Origin: Candidatus Eiseniibacteriota bacterium
GTDB lineage: Bacteria; Eisenbacteria; RBG-16-71-46; CAZAMP01
Assembly (NCBI GenBank): GCA_965224245.1
Contig: OZ245046.1
Coordinates: 6,336,001 to 6,400,000, forward strand
Length of the DNA: 64,000 bases
Direction: 5' to 3'
In this document: one piece after another, positions 17,715 to 27,223 of the stretch
How the letters are laid out: each line of letters begins with the position of its first letter
Numbering within the stretch: position 1 is the first letter of the stretch
Made by a program: the position numbers and the translations under genes
Notes under the pieces: model-generated
Databases searched by the model: none
Told to the model about the DNA's origin: nothing
What the model saw: the letters and a program-made list of their open reading frames with translations, nothing else

Positions 17715-20700
17715 ATGCTTTCGGACCGGTTGCGCCTCTGGTTGGTGGTCTCGGCTCTGCTCGGGTTGCTCACTTCCGGCCTCGGCGTCCGCCGGGTCCG
17801 GGCGGAGACCCTGGACGTTCTACTCCAGTACCCAGAGGTCACCCTGTCCATTACCGCTCGAGACGAGCAAGTCGATCTCCGCCTCCCCGGCTGTGAGCTG
17901 CTGCCCGTCGCGGGCGCGCCGGCGATCCCCATGCGATCGGAGCCGGTCGTGCTTCCCGCGGGCACGCGCGCGGTGCGGGTGGAGGCGACCAGCCTCTCCT
18001 CGGTGCGAATCCCGTGCGCCGCGGTTCGACCCTTCCAGCCCCCGGCGATTCTGGGTCCGGTCGGCACCGAGATGACGCCTCCGGCCCCGGTTGCCAGGAA
18101 CCCTGCGATCTATCGCGGCACGACCCTCTACCCCGACGAGCTCGTGGTCCTGAGACGGAACGGCCACTTCGGTGAGCTCTCCATCGCGGCATGCGAGGTC
18201 CATCCCGTTCAGTACGATCCGGTCACGAGGGAGATCATCCTCCATACCGAGCTCGCGCTCCACCTGGTGCTCGAAGCCGATCCGAGTCCCGTCGTCTCGC
18301 ACGATGCACCGCGAGACATGACTCGGATCGCCACCGATCTCGCGCGGACACGGATGCACGGCGCGGCGCATCTGACTCCGAAATGGCCGCCGGGCGAGGG
18401 GCGCAGGCTCGATCCCACCGACTTCCAGTACGTCATCGTGACCACCGCCGATCAGCATCCGGCCTGGGAAACCTACGCCGAGTGGAAGACGGCGAAGGGC
18501 GTTCCATCCACCGTGGTCACCGTCGACTGGATCATCGGCTCGTACAGCGGACGGGACGTGCCCGAAATCATACGAAACTTCATTCTCGACGCCGTGGACA
18601 CGTGGGGAACGTCCTACGTGCTCCTGGCCGGCGACCAGGACGTGGTTCCCAGCCGCGTCGCGTGGGCGTTCGACTGCGAGGCCGGCTTCTACGACGACGA
18701 GAACGACCTCTACGCCGATCTCTACTACTCGGATCTCGACGGCACGTGGGATGCCAACGGCAACGACGTGTTCGGCGAGGTCGACGACGACGTGGATCTC
18801 TACCCGGACATTCTCGTGGGACGGGCCCCGACCGACGATCTCCTCCAGGCACAAGCCATGGTGGGCAAGTTCCTCACCTACGAGAGGACGCCCCCCATCG
18901 ACTTCGGGATGGAGGCCTTTTTCTTCGCCGAGGTTCTCTGGAGTGACCCGTTCACGGACTCTGGCATCGGCAAGGACATGATCGCCGATGCGCACTTCGG
19001 AGCCGCGTACGAGCCCATCGAACGTCAGTACGAGACGCTCGGCAACGAGAGCCCGGCCTCCGTTCTCGCCTATCTCGATCAGGGTCCGCATCTCACGAAT
19101 CACGGTGGACATGCGAGCGATCAGGTCATGGGCGCGGGCACGGGATACATCAGCTGGCCGGACGTCGATGCGTTGGCCAACGGACCGCGCTACTTCGTGC
19201 TCTACTCGATCGGCTGCTGGTCGGCGGCCTTCGACCGGAACTGCATCGGTGAGCACTTCGCGACGAACGGAAACGGCGGCACCATCGCCTTCGTGGGGAA
19301 TTCCCGCTACGGCTGGGGATCACCGGACAATCCGGGATGGGGCTACTCGGAGACGTTCGATCGCGACTTCTACGGCGCCATTCTCTCAGGTGGGCTGACC
19401 CAGTTCGGAGCCGCCGTCGCGTGGCCGAAGATCGTCAGGGTTCCGTTCTCTCAGGATGAGAACGTGTTCCGCTGGCACGAGTACCAGGTGAATCTGCTCG
19501 GCGACCCGGAGATGGCCTGCCACACCGCCGCGGTTGCACCGATGACACTCCACGGCCCGGAGGCCATCCCCCTCGGCATGGCCCGGTTCACCGCCACCCT
19601 CACCGATCCGAGCGGCCCGGTGGCGGGCGCACGCGTCTGCCTCGCCGGGACCGACACGTACATGGCCGGGTTCACCGATGACATGGGGCAGATCGTCTTC
19701 TCCACCGATCTTCCCGACGCCGATCTTCTCACGTTGACCGCCACCGCGGCCAACCACCCGTTCCAGCAGATGTCGATCGTGGCCGCCGGGAACGATCCCT
19801 TCCTCACCGTCGTCTCGCACGCCGTCGACGACGATGCCGTGCCCCCCTCGCTCGGGAACGGTGACGGCGAGGTCGGGGTGGGTGAGACGATCGAGCTCTT
19901 CGTCACCGTTCGCAACGACGGGGACTCGCCGTGTACGGGGGTCTCGGGAACGGTCTCCGAGTCGTGCGCCGACGTCACGGTCATCGAGGGAGAGGCCGGC
20001 TACGGCACCATTGCCCCCGACGGGGAGGCAACGAACGCGACGCCGTTCGTGTTCACCGTCCACCCCGACTGTCCGGTCGATGAGGTGGTCGAGTTCACGG
20101 TGCTCTTCGAGGACGATGCTGAGACCCGCTGGAGCGCGCGGGTCACGCTCCCGGTGGTGGCGCCGGGACCACGCTTCGCGTACTACACCGCGTCCGAGCT
20201 CGTGGGCGACGGCGACGAGGTCATCGAGCCCGGGGAAACCGTCGCGCTGACCGTTCACGTCGTGAACGAGGGCAGCGGTGACGCGAGCCCCCTAACCGCG
20301 CTCCTGACGACCACGGATGTGAACCTGACCGTGGTCGAGGGGTCGGCATCCACCGCATCGGAGCTCGCACCGGGAGAGATCGCCGCGCTCGCGCCACCCT
20401 TCGAGGTGCAGGTCGGGGAGGGGTGCCCGGGAACGACCTACGGCATGCTGGACATCGCCCTGACCCACGACGAGGGCGTGGACACCGACGCGTTTCTGCT
20501 TGCCGTGGGAACGCCCGGATTCTCCGACGACATGGAGTCGGGCGAAGGCGGCTGGACCCATGCCGGCACGGGCGACCTGTGGCACCTCACCGAGCACCGG
20601 CAGCATTCCGGCACCCACAGCTGGTACTGCGGTACCGAGGCCCACGAGTACCTGAACGACATGAACGCCGTGCTCCAGAGCCCCGGGTTCGTCGTCCCCG

Positions 20701-21305
20701 AGGACGCGCGCCTGTCGTTCTGGCTCTACTTCGACGTCACGGTCTACGGAAGCGATGGGCTCTACGTCGAGGTCTGGAACGACGGGGACTGGGAGACCCT
20801 CGAGTTCATCGGGAGCGGGGGGGCCCTCGACTCCACGCTCTTCGCGTGCGACTGGACGCGGCACGCGTACGATCTCGACGCGTGGGCTCCGGGGAGCACG
20901 ATCTGGGTCCGGTTCCGGTTCGCTACCGACGACGCCGACACCGCGGAAGGCTTCTACCTCGATGACGTGGTCATCGAGACCCGGTGGCTCGTCGACGTGG
21001 AGCAGCCGGGATCCCCTGCAGGACGGCCGCTCATCCTCGTCCCGCTCTCGACGAACCCGGGGAACGGGCTGATGCAATGGAAGCTCGTACTCGGCCAGGC
21101 GGGCCGCGTGACGGCCGGGATCTTCGACGCGAGGGGCCGTCTCGTGAGAAGCCTGCTGGCGACGACGCTGGACGTGGGTGACCACGTTCTGCGCTGGGAC
21201 GGTGTCACGAGCACCGGGATCCGGGCGCCGGCAGGCATGTACTTCCTTCACGCACGAGTGGGGACGCACGCCGCCTCGCGCAAGGTGGTGGTGCTGGATC
21301 GGTAA
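17715..21305 (+). CDS. C25 (gingipain-like) cysteine peptidase with propeptide, Ig-like domains, MAM/InhA-like domain and FlgD-Ig CTD
   Basis: RBS GGGAGG; G.PAIP propeptide; YVLLAGD, DLYYSDLDG, VGR; catalytic NHGGH and SIGCWS; NLLGDP; CTD IFDARGRLVR...WDG...APAGMYF. Confidence 0.9.
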   Translation: MLSDRLRLWLVVSALLGLLTSGLGVRRVRAETLDVLLQYPEVTLSITARDEQVDLRLPGCELLPVAGAPAIPMRSEPVVLPAGTRAVRVEATSLSSVRIPCAAVRPFQPPAILGPVGTEMTPPAPVARNPAIYRGTTLYPDELVVLRRNGHFGELSIAACEVHPVQYDPVTREIILHTELALHLVLEADPSPVVSHDAPRDMTRIATDLARTRMHGAAHLTPKWPPGEGRRLDPTDFQYVIVTTADQHPAWETYAEWKTAKGVPSTVVTVDWIIGSYSGRDVPEIIRNFILDAVDTWGTSYVLLAGDQDVVPSRVAWAFDCEAGFYDDENDLYADLYYSDLDGTWDANGNDVFGEVDDDVDLYPDILVGRAPTDDLLQAQAMVGKFLTYERTPPIDFGMEAFFFAEVLWSDPFTDSGIGKDMIADAHFGAAYEPIERQYETLGNESPASVLAYLDQGPHLTNHGGHASDQVMGAGTGYISWPDVDALANGPRYFVLYSIGCWSAAFDRNCIGEHFATNGNGGTIAFVGNSRYGWGSPDNPGWGYSETFDRDFYGAILSGGLTQFGAAVAWPKIVRVPFSQDENVFRWHEYQVNLLGDPEMACHTAAVAPMTLHGPEAIPLGMARFTATLTDPSGPVAGARVCLAGTDTYMAGFTDDMGQIVFSTDLPDADLLTLTATAANHPFQQMSIVAAGNDPFLTVVSHAVDDDAVPPSLGNGDGEVGVGETIELFVTVRNDGDSPCTGVSGTVSESCADVTVIEGEAGYGTIAPDGEATNATPFVFTVHPDCPVDEVVEFTVLFEDDAETRWSARVTLPVVAPGPRFAYYTASELVGDGDEVIEPGETVALTVHVVNEGSGDASPLTALLTTTDVNLTVVEGSASTASELAPGEIAALAPPFEVQVGEGCPGTTYGMLDIALTHDEGVDTDAFLLAVGTPGFSDDMESGEGGWTHAGTGDLWHLTEHRQHSGTHSWYCGTEAHEYLNDMNAVLQSPGFVVPEDARLSFWLYFDVTVYGSDGLYVEVWNDGDWETLEFIGSGGALDSTLFACDWTRHAYDLDAWAPGSTIWVRFRFATDDADTAEGFYLDDVVIETRWLVDVEQPGSPAGRPLILVPLSTNPGNGLMQWKLVLGQAGRVTAGIFDARGRLVRSLLATTLDVGDHVLRWDGVTSTGIRAPAGMYFLHARVGTHAASRKVVVLDR

Positions 21306-21535
21306 CGCGGTGCATGTCGGGGAAGCTGGCCACCTGGTGTCGTCATGTGCAACCGGCGCGAGGGCGAGGGCTCCGACCCGAGCTTCGTGCTTCACTGACG
21401 ATGCATGGCGCCGGCCAGGGCCCGTTCGTACGGGAATGCACCTGTGCGATCGGTTCCTGTCGATGGCGTACGTGCCGAGCACGTCTGGAAGGTGGCGATG
21501 TGTCCGGGGGACGGCTCGGGATCGAGAGCTCGGCC

Positions 21536-23476
21536 CTAACGTCCAGTGCCGGTCTCGCTGGCGGCCTGTCGCGCCGCATTCGTCAGAGCCGCCATCATGG
21601 CCCGAGCTTGCGCGTGCCCCGGATTCAACCGCAACACCTCACGCAGCTCGATCACCGCCTCGGCTTGACGACCTGCGCGCCCCAGCGCGCCCGCCAGATT
21701 CCAGTGCACCTGCACGTTCCCCGGTGCCAACCGCGTGGCGCCGCGCAGCACCGTGATCGCCTCGTTCCAGCGTTCGTGCTGGATGTACGCATTGCCCAGA
21801 TTGAAGCGGATCGTGACGTCCTCGGGATCCAGCTCCACCGCATGGTGGTAGTGCGTGATCGCCTCGGCGAGCCGCCCGCTGGCGGCGAGCGCGTTCGCGA
21901 GCTGGAGGTGAGGTGACGCGATGTCGTCGCGAATCCCGATGGCCTGCCGGTAGGTACTCATTGCCTCGTCCAGGCGTCCCTCGCCCGCGTGGAGATTCCC
22001 GAGGTTCACGAGGGCCTCCCAGTGACGGGGGTTCCGTCGCAGAGCCTCGGTCAGATGCGACATCGCCTCGTCGATCCGCCCGTCGAGCGCCAGCACCCCG
22101 GCCAGGTTGTGGTGCGCCGTCGCACATGGCCGGGCCGCGACCGCGTGGGTCCATAGCGACATCGGCGTCCGCCACACGAGCGTCTGCCGCCACGTGAGGG
22201 CCGACAGCACGAGCAAGACCGCCATGACCGACGTCGTCAGAAGTCGAGCGCGAGCCCCGGTCGAGCCCCAGCGCGCTCGGAGCGCCGCCAGCGCCGCGCC
22301 GAGCAGGATTGCCCATGCGATGGCCGGAAGGTAGCTGTAGCGATCGGCGACCTCCTGCTGTCCGCTCTGAAACAAGCCGAGGACGGGCAGGAGTAGCAGC
22401 ACGTGACACGCGGCGGCCGCGCGGAGCGCCCGAGCCCGACGCCCGAGCACGAGGAGCCCACCCGCGCTCACCAGGACCACCACCGCCGACCCCACGTACT
22501 TCACCGAGGAGAGATCGAGAGGTAGCACGATGTCGTAGATCGGCGAGAGCCCCGATGGCAGGATCGTCTTCCAGAGATAGAAGACGAGCCCGTAGAACGC
22601 CTGTGCGACGCGCGCCCCCAGTCCCAGTGCCTGCAGTGACACCGAGGCACCGGTCTCGGCCTGGGCCAGCGGCGCGATCACGGCGATCGGAATCGCCAGC
22701 ACGACGTAGGGCAGCTTGTCGAGCCACGCACGCCGGCGCTCGGCTGCGTCGCCCGCGAAGCGTCGGAGCGGATACGCGTCCAGCACGAGCAGCATCAGGG
22801 GCAACGTCACCCCGATCGCGCGGCTGCCGAGCGACAGGGCATAGAGCGCCAACGACGTCAGGTAGAGGCGTCTACGGGCCGGGTCGCCGGACGCGGGCGA
22901 TCGGCCTGGCGCACGCGCGCGCACGTAGGCGAGGGTGGCGGCAAGGAGGAAGAAGGAGCTCTGGACGTCCCGTCGCTCGGTGACCCACGCCACCGACTCC
23001 ACCCGTAGCGGATGGAGACCGAAGAAGAGCGCCGCCACGGCGGCTCCGAAGACGGCGCCGGTCGAGTCCTCGCGTCCTCCCCGCGCCAGCCGGTACAGCG
23101 CCAGGCTCAGGAAGAGCACGAGCGCCGAGTTGGCCGAGTGGAAGAGGAGGTTCGTCAGGTGGTAGCCCTTCGGATCCAGCCCCCAGACGGCGTGGTCCAT
23201 CGCGAGCGTGATCCAGGAGAGGGGCTGGTAGTGGCCGGAGTGGAACGTCGTGAACATCCAGCGGAGGTGCTCGCCCGAGAGCCCGCGGAAGTGCGGGTTC
23301 AACAGGATGTTCGCCTCGTCGTCGTAATTGAACGTGCTTCCGAGGGCCGGCCAGAACGCCGCGAAGACGACGGCCGCGACGAGGAGCGCGATCCACCCCG
23401 GGGGGGTTCCCCGGGTGGGACCGGACGCATGCGCCCTCGATCGAGCGCGGTGCTGCTGGGATCCTCGGCTCGTCAT
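21536..23476 (-). CDS. TMTC-like GT-C membrane glycosyltransferase with C-terminal TPR repeats
   Basis: FNYDD loop, YQPLSW, YHLTNLLFH, HPLRVESVAWVTERRD, ADRYSYLP; about 11 TM helices; TPRs. Confidence 0.85.
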   Translation of the reverse strand: MTSRGSQQHRARSRAHASGPTRGTPPGWIALLVAAVVFAAFWPALGSTFNYDDEANILLNPHFRGLSGEHLRWMFTTFHSGHYQPLSWITLAMDHAVWGLDPKGYHLTNLLFHSANSALVLFLSLALYRLARGGREDSTGAVFGAAVAALFFGLHPLRVESVAWVTERRDVQSSFFLLAATLAYVRARAPGRSPASGDPARRRLYLTSLALYALSLGSRAIGVTLPLMLLVLDAYPLRRFAGDAAERRRAWLDKLPYVVLAIPIAVIAPLAQAETGASVSLQALGLGARVAQAFYGLVFYLWKTILPSGLSPIYDIVLPLDLSSVKYVGSAVVVLVSAGGLLVLGRRARALRAAAACHVLLLLPVLGLFQSGQQEVADRYSYLPAIAWAILLGAALAALRARWGSTGARARLLTTSVMAVLLVLSALTWRQTLVWRTPMSLWTHAVAARPCATAHHNLAGVLALDGRIDEAMSHLTEALRRNPRHWEALVNLGNLHAGEGRLDEAMSTYRQAIGIRDDIASPHLQLANALAASGRLAEAITHYHHAVELDPEDVTIRFNLGNAYIQHERWNEAITVLRGATRLAPGNVQVHWNLAGALGRAGRQAEAVIELREVLRLNPGHAQARAMMAALTNAARQAASETGTGR

Positions 23477-23961
23477 GGGTACCGTAGGATATCAAAGATG
23501 CCGACCGAGCTGTAGCTTCGCTCCCTGTCGACAGTCGTCGGCCGTCGAGCAGATGGATGTCCAAGTGGAAGCGGCCGCCTGCCGATCATCGCCAGGCTGC
23601 CAGAGGCGCGGTTTCTGATCGCGGGCTGGAGAAGGGGTACAATCAACCCGTTCCGCAGTGATCTCCGTACCGGCGGTGCCCGAAGCGATCGGGTCGTTGG
23701 CGGATCACAGTCGGAAGGAACCGAGACTCGGCGTGGACCGAGTCCCGGCACGATCAGCTCGAACTGGACCGACTGACGGACTCAGGTCGATGGGCGACGT
23801 CCGGGTGGAGTTGACGACTGAGGGCGAGTGAGGAAGGATGTGTCGTCGATGCCATATCGTTGAGCAACGCCGGCATCGTGAGTCAGCGCTCCCCACAGGC
23901 TAAGACGTGCTGTTCGAGCTGCAGACATTCGAGATCACGTGCAATCTTCAAGGGGAATGCG

Positions 23962-26277
23962 GTGAGCGATCACCGGGCACGACGAGCAGAGCAAATCTTC
24001 CAGCTCGTATGCGAGATGTCCATCTCCGAGCGGGAGACGGCCCTCGATGAGCTGTGTCAGGGGGATTCCGAGCTACAGCGCGAAGTGGAGGGCCTTCTCG
24101 GTCACTTCGACGCGGCCGGCATGAGCTTCCCCGGCCGTGCGTTCGGATCGTCGAGCCCGATCATGCCTTCTCTCGAGCACGGTGATCGACTGGGTCACTA
24201 CGAGATCCAGGAGATGATCGGAGAGGGGGGAGTGGGTGTCGTCTACCGAGCGCGCGATCCGCGTCTCCAGCGGACCGTAGCGGTCAAGGTCCTTCATCCG
24301 GGGTCGAGCCCGGATCGCCAGAGGGTGCAACGCTTTCAGCGGGAAGCGCGGGCGGCGTCCGCGTTGAACCACCCCAACATCTGCACGGTGCACGACATCG
24401 GGGAACACGAGGAGCACCCGTTCCTCGTGCTCGAGTACCTGGAGGGGGAGACCCTGCAGGCGAGGCTGAACGCGCGGTCGATGAATCTCGAAACGTTGCT
24501 CGGTCTGGCGCGTCAGATCGCGAGTGGGCTCGCGGCGGCCCATCGCGCAGGGATTGTGCATCGGGATCTGAAACCCGCGAACGTCTTCGTGACCGATGGC
24601 GGGCTCGTCAAGATCCTCGACTTCGGATTGGCGAAGTCCACCGTACCCGATGATCGGTCGCTCGGCTCTCTTACCGCGTTCGGCCTGGTGGCCGGGACGC
24701 CGCTGTACATGTCACCGGAGCAAGCGAGAGGCTCCAGGATCGACGCGCGGACGGACGTCTTCTCGATGGGAGTCATCCTCTTCGAGATGGCGACCGGAAA
24801 GCGGCCGGTCGAGGAGAGCACCGCGGCCGCCTTCTACGACGCGCTTCTCAATCATCCTCCTCGTTCGGTGACGGATCTCAACCCGTCGGTTCCCGAACCG
24901 CTCGCGCACATCATCGCTCGCTGCCTCGAGAAGGAACCGGGTCGGCGGTACCCGAGCGCGACCGAGCTGCTTCACGAGCTGGACGCCGTGTCCGCCTCGG
25001 CCGACCGCACTCCGGACGGTCTCCGGATGAACGTACTGGCGGGGCGGGATCGTCCGCCGATGACGGACGTGACTCGACACGCCGGCCGCTGGCGCCGGCC
25101 TCTGGTCGTCGTGGGGCTGGCCGCGGTTCTCGTGGCGGCCGGTATCTGGACGGTCCGCACCACTCGACACCAGCCGGCGGCCACTGCGGAAGTCGTGACG
25201 GAGCAGGAGATCGCGCTACCGGCCGAGAAGCTCGCGGTCGCCGTGATACCCGCGACGAGCCGAACGAACGATCCACGATTCGAGGACATCGAGCTCGAGC
25301 GCGTGCTCGGCGACATGATGATGCACATCCTGTCGGAAGTGGATGGACTCTACGTCATCTCCCCATGGCGACTGGAGAACGTCGCTCGCGAGCTCGGCCG
25401 GACATGGTCGGAGGCGCGGGACGATCTCGACTTCGCACTCGAGGTGGGGAAGCGAAGCCAGGCTAATGCGGTCCTGTCCGTCGACTTCTCCAATCTCGGG
25501 AGGACACATACGCTGGCGGCCACGATGACACGCGTCGGTGGTGGCGAACACCTGGGAACGTTCCGAGCGGACAGCGAGGATCCGGACTTCTCGCTCCCGG
25601 AGCTGAGTGACGAGATGCAGAGCGCCATTGGTGAGCGATTTGGCGGCGTCACATCTCCGGCCTCGCCCTCAGGAACGGTCGCAACGCGATCGGTCACGGC
25701 ATACGCACACTACATTCGTGGCATCAGCCTCATCGACGAGGGTCGATGGAACGAGGCGGTCACCGAGCTCGAGAAAGCAACCGAGATCGATCCCGAAATG
25801 GGTGTCGCCTGGTCCGAGATGGGATGCGCTTACAGCTTCGCGGGCGATCAAGCCATGGCCGAGGCGTCTCAGTGGGAGGCCGAGAAGTGGACCGATGAGA
25901 TGACGCGCAAGGAGCGCTTGTGGGTCGAGTCGAATGGAGTCTGGCTGAGAACCTACAACGGTGACCTCTACCGCGAGAAAATCCAGCAGTTCATCGACGA
26001 GTTTCCGGACGAACGCAACGGCTATCTCTACGCCGGTCTCTGCGCTCAGTGGCTGGACGGCGATTACTCCAAAGCGCTCGAGTGGTATGAAAGAGCGTAT
26101 CTCCTCACTCCGTTCTACTACCCCATCACCAAGAGCCTCGTCGAGTGCTATGTGGCCACGGATCAGACGGATCGGGCCATTGCGACGTTGCAGCGCTATC
26201 TTCGACAACCACGCGTGCCGGATTATGGTCGGCAGCAAGCGGAGGCCCAGCTCGAGGACATCCGTCCCACGCCATGA
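23962..26277 (+). CDS. Ser/Thr protein kinase with TM helix, TolB_N-like domain and TPR repeats
   Basis: RBS AAGGGG, GTG start; IGEGGVGVVY, HRDLKPAN, DFG, GTPLYMSPEQ; TRS..AY..Y..G TPR region. Confidence 0.9.
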   Translation: MSDHRARRAEQIFQLVCEMSISERETALDELCQGDSELQREVEGLLGHFDAAGMSFPGRAFGSSSPIMPSLEHGDRLGHYEIQEMIGEGGVGVVYRARDPRLQRTVAVKVLHPGSSPDRQRVQRFQREARAASALNHPNICTVHDIGEHEEHPFLVLEYLEGETLQARLNARSMNLETLLGLARQIASGLAAAHRAGIVHRDLKPANVFVTDGGLVKILDFGLAKSTVPDDRSLGSLTAFGLVAGTPLYMSPEQARGSRIDARTDVFSMGVILFEMATGKRPVEESTAAAFYDALLNHPPRSVTDLNPSVPEPLAHIIARCLEKEPGRRYPSATELLHELDAVSASADRTPDGLRMNVLAGRDRPPMTDVTRHAGRWRRPLVVVGLAAVLVAAGIWTVRTTRHQPAATAEVVTEQEIALPAEKLAVAVIPATSRTNDPRFEDIELERVLGDMMMHILSEVDGLYVISPWRLENVARELGRTWSEARDDLDFALEVGKRSQANAVLSVDFSNLGRTHTLAATMTRVGGGEHLGTFRADSEDPDFSLPELSDEMQSAIGERFGGVTSPASPSGTVATRSVTAYAHYIRGISLIDEGRWNEAVTELEKATEIDPEMGVAWSEMGCAYSFAGDQAMAEASQWEAEKWTDEMTRKERLWVESNGVWLRTYNGDLYREKIQQFIDEFPDERNGYLYAGLCAQWLDGDYSKALEWYERAYLLTPFYYPITKSLVECYVATDQTDRAIATLQRYLRQPRVPDYGRQQAEAQLEDIRPTP

Positions 26278-26282
26278 TGTCG

Positions 26283-26377
26283 GGGCGAGGAGACGTCGCC
26301 CGTGACAGCGGGCTCGGTGAGTCGGCGAGGTACTACCACCAGAGGTCGGCGTGATGGGCAGTTTCTAGACTCGATCG
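26283..26377 (+). mobile_element. Decayed C-terminus and end of an integrase-core (rve/IS481-like) transposase
   Basis: Translates GRGDVARDSGLGESARYYHQRSA*, resembling the recalled family C-terminus G.V.CRERLGGLLRYYHR.AA*; followed by a degenerate motif copy TGGGCA GTTTCTAG ACTCGA. Confidence 0.4.
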
Positions 26378-26425
26378 GGCTGCCGACTCTTCCGCCGACT
26401 ACCTCCCCACAGGCCACCGCTCACA

Positions 26426-27187
26426 CTAGGCGCGACCGAGTCGTTCCATCGCCTGCCCGTGATTCAGCTCGGCTCCCCGGTGATCGTAGTACAGACGGAA
26501 CTCCCGTGCGGGGCGTCTGTAGTTGCCGGTACTCAGGTCGAACTGCTCGGCCTCGTCGCGGTCGAAGTAGTCGTGGATCCACTCTTCTTGCTGCGTCATC
26601 ATCTTCGCGTGCATGACGTTCGTGGGGTTGTAGGGCGCGAACGCGTCCTTCACGGTCTTGCCCTGCTCGGTGACGCTCACCGATCCGCGGTACCCCTCGA
26701 CGACGACGTTCGCGAACCCGATGGCCCGGGCCAGGATCTTGGCCATGCAGTCACCCTGTCGGTTCGAGATGTAGGGCAGCTCCGGGTCCATCCGACCACC
26801 GCCCCAGCAGGCCAGGAGCCGCACGAGGATCCGTCGATTGCGGAGACCATCCCGCTTCATCCGCCGCGCGAGCGTGTTCGGGGAAATGAACGTCACCTTG
26901 CCCGGCTCGGGGCTGGTGCCGAGTCGAGCCCGTGCGGCCGCGGGTGCACCGGGGCCGCGCCCGACGCTCTCGCCATGACCACTGACGGTCAGGACGTCGC
27001 CATCTCCAACCACGAGGAGCTGCTTCTCCGTGCTCGCGCAGCAGCATCCTCCACTCCCGGAGTAGAGCAGGTTGCCCTGACCGTACTTGCGCTTGTAGAC
27101 CTTGCGATCCGCGATGCCACGCGGGTCGGCCGACGCCTTGAGCGCTTCCTCGGACGTGTACAGCGGGTGATACCAGTATTTCGCCAT
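26426..27187 (-). CDS. Cytoplasmic protein with clan-CD (caspase/C80-like) His-Cys peptidase motifs
   Basis: RBS GGGGAGAGG; VLTVSGHG, SPNTLA, VRLLACWGG, VVVEGYRGSVSV; no signal peptide. Confidence 0.6.
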   Translation of the reverse strand: MAKYWYHPLYTSEEALKASADPRGIADRKVYKRKYGQGNLLYSGSGGCCCASTEKQLLVVGDGDVLTVSGHGESVGRGPGAPAAARARLGTSPEPGKVTFISPNTLARRMKRDGLRNRRILVRLLACWGGGRMDPELPYISNRQGDCMAKILARAIGFANVVVEGYRGSVSVTEQGKTVKDAFAPYNPTNVMHAKMMTQQEEWIHDYFDRDEAEQFDLSTGNYRRPAREFRLYYDHRGAELNHGQAMERLGRA

Positions 27188-27223
27188 GTCCTCTCCCCGA
27201 ATAGTCCCGCGGCATGATCCATG

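Noticed and set aside
17715-21305. PorU sortase of the T9SS
   Set aside because: The architecture is propeptide-C25-Ig-MAM-CTD, like a cargo gingipain, and no porV is adjacent; a phylogeny would be needed.
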